A stretch of 64,000 nt of DNA from Anaerolineales bacterium (GTDB lineage: Bacteria; Chloroflexota; Anaerolineae; Anaerolineales; UBA11579): positions 272-64,271 of the forward strand of contig JBBDXR010000035.1 of NCBI GenBank assembly GCA_040902205.1, read 5' to 3'. The translations under genes were made by a program, and so were the position numbers. Every line of letters starts with the position of its first letter. The stretch's first letter is position 1. Shown here one piece after another: positions 57,519-64,000 of this stretch. Under the pieces are notes generated by a model, which did not search any database, was not told where the DNA came from, and was given only the letters and a program-made list of their open reading frames with translations.

Positions 57519-59081
57519 ATGGCCCAGCCGATCATTCGACTTGCGGGAATTAGTAAGAACTTCCCTGGCGTTTTAGCCAACGACAAGGTTGACTTTGAGT
57601 TGGCTCAAGGCGAGATCCATGCCTTGCTGGGAGAAAACGGCGCTGGCAAAACGACCTTGATGAACGTTGTCTATGGCCTCTATAAACCGGATGAAGGCAA
57701 GATCTTTATCAAAGGCGTAGAAAGCGAGATCGAGAGTCCCAAGCAGGCCTTGGCTCTCGGCATCGGTATGGTCCACCAGCATTTTATGCTGGTTCCGGTC
57801 ATGACCGTGACCGAGAACTTGATGCTGGGCAATGAGAGGACTCGGGGACCGAATCTGGGTCCCTTATCAACGCTGAACAACCAGCAAGTGGCCAAGGATA
57901 TTAAGGCGCTCGGTGACCAGTATGGATTGACTATTCACCCGAATGCCTATGTACACGACCTGTCCGTAGGGGAGCAGCAGCGTGTCGAGATCGTCAAAGC
58001 CCTCTACCGCGGCGCGGAAGTATTGATTCTGGATGAGCCGACTGCCGTGCTGACCCCGCAAGAAGCTGATGACCTCTTTGTGATCCTGAGGACCTTGGTG
58101 GCGGATGGGAAATCCATCATCTTCATTTCCCACAAGCTAAGGGAAGTATTGAAAATTGCGGACCGCATCACAGTGATGCGCGACGGGGGCGTGGTCGGCG
58201 AAAGAGAACCCTCCAAGACGAACGAGAACGAACTGGCCGCCATGATGGTGGGCCGTGAGGTGATCCTCCAGGTCAACAAGGGCGAGGCCAAGCCGGACCA
58301 AATTGTGCTGCAGGTGAGCGATCTCAAGGTCGATAATGACTTGGATCAGGCCGCTGTTGACGGGGTAAGCTTCGAAGTGCGCGGCGGCGAAATCCTGGGA
58401 GTGGCTGGTGTGCAGGGTAATGGCCAGACGGAGTTGGTCGAGGCGTTGACCGGCCTGCGCCCGACCGAAGGCGGCAGCATACTGCTTTTGGGTCAGCAGG
58501 TTGCAGGGGCGACCCCGCGGCGCATCACAGAATTGAGCACCGCCCACATCCCGGAGGATCGGCAGCAAGACGGATTGGTGCTTGCCTTTCCGGTAAGCGA
58601 CAACTTGGTGTTGAATACCTATTACAAGCCCCCATTTTCCAAAGGCCTGGTGATGCAGCAAGGCGCTATCATGAAAGCTGCCCAGGAACGGATCGAGAAG
58701 TTCGACATCCGTACCCCCAGCGCCACCACCCTGGTGGGTACGCTTTCAGGCGGCAATCAGCAAAAAGTGATTGTGGCCCGCGAGCTTTCTCGCGAGGTTA
58801 AGCTGGTCATCGCCTCCCAGCCCACGCGCGGCCTGGATGTGGGCTCCATCGAATACATCCACAAGCGCCTCATTGAAAGCCGCGACGCTGGCGCCGGCGT
58901 GCTCTTGGTCTCCTCCGAGTTGGATGAAATCATGCAGCTTTCGGACCGTATCGCCGTTATCTACCAAGGCAAGGTCGTGGACATCCTGGACGCCAAATCC
59001 ACCAACAAGCGCGAAGTCGGTTTGTTGATGGCCGGCGTTGCCGCCAAGCAGAAGGCGGCGAAAAAACAAGCGGCCGGGTAA
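57519..59081 (+). CDS. Nucleoside/sugar ABC transporter ATP-binding protein (double ABC)
   Basis: GENGAGKTT, LSVGEQQRVE, LDEPTAVL, LSGGNQQK, QPTRGLDVG; ATG at 57519. Confidence 0.95.
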   Translation: MAQPIIRLAGISKNFPGVLANDKVDFELAQGEIHALLGENGAGKTTLMNVVYGLYKPDEGKIFIKGVESEIESPKQALALGIGMVHQHFMLVPVMTVTENLMLGNERTRGPNLGPLSTLNNQQVAKDIKALGDQYGLTIHPNAYVHDLSVGEQQRVEIVKALYRGAEVLILDEPTAVLTPQEADDLFVILRTLVADGKSIIFISHKLREVLKIADRITVMRDGGVVGEREPSKTNENELAAMMVGREVILQVNKGEAKPDQIVLQVSDLKVDNDLDQAAVDGVSFEVRGGEILGVAGVQGNGQTELVEALTGLRPTEGGSILLLGQQVAGATPRRITELSTAHIPEDRQQDGLVLAFPVSDNLVLNTYYKPPFSKGLVMQQGAIMKAAQERIEKFDIRTPSATTLVGTLSGGNQQKVIVARELSREVKLVIASQPTRGLDVGSIEYIHKRLIESRDAGAGVLLVSSELDEIMQLSDRIAVIYQGKVVDILDAKSTNKREVGLLMAGVAAKQKAAKKQAAG

Positions 59082-59135
59082 TCCCCCGATTCGGGCTTTC
59101 CCGAGCAGGCCGTCGCATCACTCCCTCCGGTAATT

Positions 59136-59163
59136 AATATACAAGACGATTGTCTTGTATATT
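59136..59163. promoter_or_regulatory. Perfect 12-bp inverted repeat upstream of nirK
   Basis: AATATACAAGAC-GATT-GTCTTGTATATT. Confidence 0.6.
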
Positions 59164-59257
59164 CAGGTCAAATGTCATTTGGGAGGCGTATCATGCTCCC
59201 TTAGACTTGTCCAAATTTCGCTTCTGATTCGTCAGAAGAACACAAAGAGGTGAATCC

Positions 59258-60709
59258 ATGAAGAAGATGTTCCCCGTCCTGGCGGTCGTGGTCGTATTAG
59301 CCCTGACCACGCTAGCCTGCATAGAATCTACCGATCTTTCCAAGCTTCAACCGACCGTAGACGCGCTTTCTACCCGCGTGGATGCGCTCGATGGCGGCGC
59401 GCCTGCCGAGCAGCCCTCCGACATTGGCGCGGACCTGGGGCCGGCCGATGTTGAATTTACGCTGATCACGTCCGGCGATGGCCATAGCTTGGTCTTCAAG
59501 GGGGTCGGCGGCGACATCGATGGGTTGATCAATCCAACCCTGGTGGTCGATCCGGGAGCTGTCGTGCAGATCACCTTGATCAACGGTCAAGCCACAGAAC
59601 ACGACCTGGTCATCGATGAGTTCTCGGTCGCCTCCGGCTCTGTCGTTCAACTTAACGAAGAACGGGTGGTTACCTTTGTCGCAGATCAAGAAGGGACCTT
59701 CGCCTACTACTGCAATATCCCTGGGCACCGCGCCGCTGGCATGGAAGGCAAGCTGCAAGTAGGCGAAGCCAGCCAGGCGGCCGCTGGCGCCTCCGTTATC
59801 AAGAATCCCGCCGACCTGCCGGGTCCGATCGGAGACCGCGCCCCGCAGCTTGTGCAAGTAGAGCTGACCGCCCATGAAGTGGAAGGGCAGTTGGCCAACG
59901 GTGCCACTTACCCCTATTTCACTTTCAACGGTTCAGTTCCCGGTCCCTTCATTCGCGCTCGCCTGGGCGATACGGTGGAGATGACCCTGAACAATGAGAC
60001 CGACAGCGCTTTCACCCATTCCATCGACCTGCACGCCGTCAATGGACCTGGAGGCGGCGCGGTTTACATGCAAGTCCCGGCTGGCGAGACTCGCGTGTTT
60101 ACCTTCCAGGCGTTGAACCCCGGCATCTACGTGTACCATTGCGCAACCCCCAGCGTTCCGCACCACATCGCCAGCGGCATGTACGGGCTCATTCTGATCG
60201 AGCCGGAGGGCGGCCTTCCTCCCGTGGATCGCGAGTTTTACGTGATGCAAGGCGAGATCTACACGGCAGAGGACTTCGGCAGCAGCGGTTTGCTTACCTT
60301 CAGCCCTGAAAAGATGGCGGACGAAGCCCCTGAATACTTTGTGTTCAATGGCGCTGCCGGCGCCTTGGCTTCCGAAGGGAACATGCTCGAGGCTTCCGTT
60401 GGCGAGACCGTTCGCATCTACTTTGGGGTCGGTGGCCCGAACTTCACCTCCTCCTTCCACGTCATCGGCGAGATCTTCGATCGCGTCTATCCTTTCGGGT
60501 CGCTTACCAGCACGCCGATTACTGACGTCCAAACCATTTCCGTGCCGCCCGGCGGCGCATGGATTGTGGAGTTCACCGTGGATGTGCCCGGTGACTACAT
60601 CTTGGTGGATCACGCCCTTAGCCGGCTGGAACGTGGCCTAGTCGGTATTCTGCATGTGGAAGGCCCCGCCAATCCTGACGTCTTCCATGAGGGCTCAGCC
60701 ACCGAATAG
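59258..60709 (+). CDS. nirK: Copper nitrite reductase, lipoprotein with an extra N-terminal cupredoxin domain
   Basis: LTTLAC lipobox; extra T1Cu site (HD...YYCNIPGHRAAGM); core HSIDLH, YHCATPSVPHHIASGMYG, SSFHVIGEIFD, VDH. Confidence 0.95.
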   Translation: MKKMFPVLAVVVVLALTTLACIESTDLSKLQPTVDALSTRVDALDGGAPAEQPSDIGADLGPADVEFTLITSGDGHSLVFKGVGGDIDGLINPTLVVDPGAVVQITLINGQATEHDLVIDEFSVASGSVVQLNEERVVTFVADQEGTFAYYCNIPGHRAAGMEGKLQVGEASQAAAGASVIKNPADLPGPIGDRAPQLVQVELTAHEVEGQLANGATYPYFTFNGSVPGPFIRARLGDTVEMTLNNETDSAFTHSIDLHAVNGPGGGAVYMQVPAGETRVFTFQALNPGIYVYHCATPSVPHHIASGMYGLILIEPEGGLPPVDREFYVMQGEIYTAEDFGSSGLLTFSPEKMADEAPEYFVFNGAAGALASEGNMLEASVGETVRIYFGVGGPNFTSSFHVIGEIFDRVYPFGSLTSTPITDVQTISVPPGGAWIVEFTVDVPGDYILVDHALSRLERGLVGILHVEGPANPDVFHEGSATE

Positions 60710-60725
60710 CACCTTCTCGAATATC

Positions 60726-60765
60726 AAAAAAAGCGGAAAGGTTACCCCTTTCCGCTTTTGTTTTG
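60726..60765 (+). terminator. Intrinsic terminator after nirK
   Basis: AAAAGCGGAAAGG-TTACC-CCTTTCCGCTTTTGTTTT. Confidence 0.8.
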
Positions 60766-60808
60766 CCGGTTCGCAGCGCGGCCTTTATAATCGCATGACG
60801 GAGGATTT

Positions 60809-61162
60809 ATGCGCATCGTCCTTAAGCTGGAAGAGGCGGCCATGTTCGCCTTCGGGCTTTTTCTGTTGATGGGATTTCATCTCCCTTGGTGGCTGCTGTT
60901 GCCGCTGTTCTTCGCTCCCGATCTAGGCGCCTTGGGTTATCTGGCCGGCCCCAGGGTAGGGGCCGCCACTTACAACACCTTGCACTATAAGGGAATCGCT
61001 TTGGCGTTGCTTGGGCTGGGGTTAATTTTCCATCAACCCATTTTTCAGATCGCCGGTCTGCTCATGTTTTCCCATTCCAGCTTCGATCGCGTTTTGGGTT
61101 TTGGATTGAAGTTCGCCGATTCGTTTCAGAACACCCACCTGGGCAAGATCGGCAAGTCTTAG
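60809..61162 (+). CDS. DUF4260-family membrane protein
   Basis: LFFAPDL..LGYLAGPRVGA..YN..H, DR.LGFGLK...F..THLG. Confidence 0.88.
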   Translation: MRIVLKLEEAAMFAFGLFLLMGFHLPWWLLLPLFFAPDLGALGYLAGPRVGAATYNTLHYKGIALALLGLGLIFHQPIFQIAGLLMFSHSSFDRVLGFGLKFADSFQNTHLGKIGKS

Positions 61163-61171
61163 GAGACCATC

Positions 61172-62821
61172 ATTATTACGTTCAGTCTGGACCGGGTTAC
61201 GGTCTCTTACAACGCCCAGCCGATATTCAAAGACCTTTCCTGGGATATTCACCGCGATCGCTGCGTAGGCCTCGTGGGTCCCAACGGAGCGGGCAAGAGC
61301 ACGCTGCTGAAGCTGATCGCCGGCGAGCTGAAGAGCGAGAGTGGCTTTGCCAACCCGCGCGGCCGGGTCAGCATCGGCCAGTTGCACCAGGAACCGCGCC
61401 TGACCATGCAGCGCACCGTGTTGCAGGAAACGCTGACAGCTTCGGAGCTCATCCCCGAATTGCAGCGCAGTCTGACGCGTGTCGAAGCCGAAATGGGCCA
61501 GCCGGAGGTTTACTCGAACGACAAGCGCTTGACCCGCAAGATCGAGGAGCAGGCTCGCCTCCTCGAGGACTACACCCAGGCCGGCGGCCCGGGCTACGAA
61601 GGCCAGGTGCGCGCCACCTTGCTGAACCTGGGCTTTGAGGAGCATGAGCTGGGGCTGCCGGTGTCGGCCTTGAGCGGCGGCCAGAAGAAGCTGGTGGGCC
61701 TGGCCAAGCTTCTGGTCACCCGCCCCGATCTGCTCCTGCTCGATGAGCCGGATAACCATCTGGACCTGGCCGGCAAAGAATTCCTGGAGAATTACATCCG
61801 TGCTTACAAGGGCGGCGTGGTCATCGTGTCGCACGACCGCTATCTGCTCGACGTGGTTGCCGATGAGATCGCCGAATTGGAGGACGGCCGCTTGACTGTT
61901 TATCCCGGCAACTATTCGGAATATGCCGCTGAAAAAGAGGCCCGCCTTCACCAGCAGCAGCACCAGTTCAAGGTGCAGCAGCACGAGATTCATCGCCTGG
62001 AGCAATCGGCCAAACGTCTGCTCATCTGGGGCCGTTCTCACGACAACGAGAAGCTGATCCGCCGCGCGAAGTCCATGATGAAGCGTATCGAACGCATGGA
62101 CAAGGTCGAGAAGCCTGTGGCCGAACGCCGCGGCATGGGGCTGCAGCTCTCCGGATGGCGCGGCAGCAACAAGGTGCTGGAAGTGACCGCATTGCGCAAG
62201 GGCTTCGACAACGAAGCCAGCCGCAGCGAGGTGCTGAACCAGATTGACTTGACCTTATGGCACAGGGAACGCGTTGGTCTCGTCGGACCCAATGGGGCCG
62301 GCAAGTCGTTGTTGTTCCGCTTGCTGCTGGGAAGCGAACAAGCCGATGGCGGTGAAATCAAGATCGGCCCCAGCATCCGCGTGGCGTATTACGCCCAGGA
62401 GCACGAGACGCTGGATGGCGCTCAATCGCTTATCGATGTGGTGCGCCGTGCCGGTCGCCTCAACGAACCTAATGCGGTTAAGCTGCTAAGTAAGTTCCTC
62501 TTCGGCTACCAACAGATGCGCAATCGGGTGGACACGCTTTCGGGCGGCGAGCGCAGCCGCCTGCAGCTGATCCTCATCATGCTGACCGGCGCCAATTTCC
62601 TGTTGCTGGATGAGCCGACCAACAATCTGGATATCCGCTCGGCGGAAGTGCTCGAGGGCGCCCTGGAGGATTTCGAAGGCAGCGCGCTGGTGATCTCGCA
62701 TGACCGCTATTTCCTGGACCGCGTAGCCACGCGCATCGTGGAACTTGAAGGCGGCCGGCTCACGGATTATCCCGGCGGCTATAGCGATTACCAGGCTGCC
62801 AAGGCCCGACTGGAGCTCTAG
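61172..62821 (+). CDS. ABC-F family ATPase, probably with a non-AUG start
   Basis: GPNGAGKST, LSGGQKK, LLLDEPDNHLD, YPGNYS.Y, second ABC GPNGAGKS/LSGGERSR/LDEPTNNLD. The frame extends upstream of GTG 61274 to ATC/ATT/ATT at 61169-61177 behind AGGAG. Confidence 0.92.
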   Translation: MITFSLDRVTVSYNAQPIFKDLSWDIHRDRCVGLVGPNGAGKSTLLKLIAGELKSESGFANPRGRVSIGQLHQEPRLTMQRTVLQETLTASELIPELQRSLTRVEAEMGQPEVYSNDKRLTRKIEEQARLLEDYTQAGGPGYEGQVRATLLNLGFEEHELGLPVSALSGGQKKLVGLAKLLVTRPDLLLLDEPDNHLDLAGKEFLENYIRAYKGGVVIVSHDRYLLDVVADEIAELEDGRLTVYPGNYSEYAAEKEARLHQQQHQFKVQQHEIHRLEQSAKRLLIWGRSHDNEKLIRRAKSMMKRIERMDKVEKPVAERRGMGLQLSGWRGSNKVLEVTALRKGFDNEASRSEVLNQIDLTLWHRERVGLVGPNGAGKSLLFRLLLGSEQADGGEIKIGPSIRVAYYAQEHETLDGAQSLIDVVRRAGRLNEPNAVKLLSKFLFGYQQMRNRVDTLSGGERSRLQLILIMLTGANFLLLDEPTNNLDIRSAEVLEGALEDFEGSALVISHDRYFLDRVATRIVELEGGRLTDYPGGYSDYQAAKARLEL

Positions 62822-62822
62822 G

Positions 62823-64000
62823 CTAGTTGAGGGGCAGGGGTTCTTCTGCGGCCGTAGGACCGGCTGTCTGGCGACCCAGGTGAATGAAGGCGCGCAGCTC
62901 CGGCCAGATAAAAGGCAGGGCCGCCGCCACCCCAACGACCAACGCAGCCAGGGCGGCCAGGACAGGGGAAAGGGGAGCCCAACGCAAGAGGGCGAATGCC
63001 AGGGCTGACCCGATGGCCGTCCCCGCTGCAACGCGCAGCAGAGTGTCTCGGCTGCGCAATACATCAGAGTAGCGCCGCGCCAGAAGCCACAACAGCAGCA
63101 GCGCTTCGGCGGTAAAAGCCAGCGACCCGGCCAGCGCGATTCCCCCGGCACCCATGACGCCCACTAAGCCGACTGCCAGCACAATGTAAGCCAGCGAATT
63201 GAGCGCCGCGGCATATAGCGGAATGACCGCGTTCTGCTGGGCGTAGAACGAGCGCGAGGCGATCTCCAGCAGAGCGTGGCCGGCCAGGCCGGCCAGATAT
63301 AGACGTGTGACGAACACCACCAGATCGACTTGTTCGGGACTGAAGGATGCAAAGGCCGTGGAAACCAATGGAGGCAGGGCGATCGCCAGCAGGAAAGCGC
63401 TTGGGATGGTGAAGGCCAGGATGGCGCGCACCGCGCCGTTCACGCTCTGGGTGAACTTTTCCCCCTCGGCGCGGCTGAAAAATTCGGAGATGCTGGGCAG
63501 CAACGCGATGGCGATAGCCGTGCCCAGCAGCGTTTCCGGCACCTGCATAATGAACCAACCCAGATTGAGTGCCGATATCGATCCTTCCGGAAGGCCGGAG
63601 GCCAGGTTGTCTCGCGCCACGAAATAAATATGGATGAAGAGCATGGTCAGCACGCGCGGTCCGAGTAGCACCAGTACCTTGCGCACGCCGGGGTCGTGCA
63701 GACCCACGATGGGCCGCCAGCGGAAGCCGTAACGTAATAGCCCGGGGACCTGAATGCCCAGGTGCAGGAAGGCGCCGATGATGACGCCGTACACCAGACC
63801 GTGGATGCCCAAGCCGAAATGGGGCAGGGGCAGGGTGATGCCGGCGATCTCCAAAGGGCCTGAGGGCGACAGCACCACCAGCCCAAAGATCTGCCCAATG
63901 TTGTACAAGGCAGGCGCCAGGGCCGGCAGAATGAAATGCTGGTTGGCCTGCAGGCCGGCCATGGCCAGCCCGCTGACGGAGAAGATGACAATGGCGATGA
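62823..64000 (-). CDS. murJ: Lipid II flippase MurJ/MviN; 5' part lies beyond the window
   Basis: PALAPALYNIG, LGWFIMQVPETLLGTAIAIALLP, RSFYAQQN...P; frame is open to the window end. Confidence 0.92.
   Translation of the reverse strand, partial: IAIVIFSVSGLAMAGLQANQHFILPALAPALYNIGQIFGLVVLSPSGPLEIAGITLPLPHFGLGIHGLVYGVIIGAFLHLGIQVPGLLRYGFRWRPIVGLHDPGVRKVLVLLGPRVLTMLFIHIYFVARDNLASGLPEGSISALNLGWFIMQVPETLLGTAIAIALLPSISEFFSRAEGEKFTQSVNGAVRAILAFTIPSAFLLAIALPPLVSTAFASFSPEQVDLVVFVTRLYLAGLAGHALLEIASRSFYAQQNAVIPLYAAALNSLAYIVLAVGLVGVMGAGGIALAGSLAFTAEALLLLWLLARRYSDVLRSRDTLLRVAAGTAIGSALAFALLRWAPLSPVLAALAALVVGVAAALPFIWPELRAFIHLGRQTAGPTAAEEPLPLN

Noticed and set aside
59082-59257. FNR/Crp box upstream of nirK
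   Set aside because: No TTGAT-N4-ATCAA or TGTGA-N6-TCACA match seen.
60809-62821. TAG readthrough fusing the DUF4260 protein to ABC-F (same frame)
   Set aside because: ABC-F proteins are soluble ribosome factors; a well-placed SD before ATT explains the layout more simply; no pyl genes in the window.

Overview
A 64-kb chromosomal segment (about 60% GC), inferred to come from a Chloroflexota bacterium (probably Anaerolineae). The inference rests on an archaeal-type mevalonate operon, tandem-HTH RodZ, Thr/Pro-rich lipoproteins and LysM proteins. Housekeeping and metabolic genes include an acyl-CoA mutase, tRNA-Glu(CTC), GH13 amylase, mscL/mscS, pepF, the hppD-fahA-hmgA tyrosine catabolism operon, mvaA-mvaS-thiolase-DUF35, rho, rplI, a nucleoside ABC transporter, nirK, an ABC-F and murJ. 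Accessory material is interleaved among them. No integrase, transposase, CRISPR array or rRNA is visible. The most unusual observations are: (1) a four-helix-bundle gene inserted in the tyrosine operon between inverted arrays of 7-bp repeats, with an apparently empty element of the same design in the mevalonate operon; (2) the mevalonate-operon thiolase has lost the Cys and His catalytic residues, and its 3' end is duplicated around an inserted glycosyltransferase gene; (3) a tandem array of four divergent paralogues of an unrecognised 4-Cys surface protein, one fused to a frameshifted CBM11-like domain; (4) a ribokinase-like/AAA+/tandem-RyR-domain ATPase; (5) Tad minor pilins with a duplicated, unrecognised disulfide-bonded domain; (6) an ABC-F gene that appears to need an ATT/ATC start codon; (7) a structured 220-bp palindromic repeat element. 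All family assignments are from motif recognition by eye; no database searches were run.
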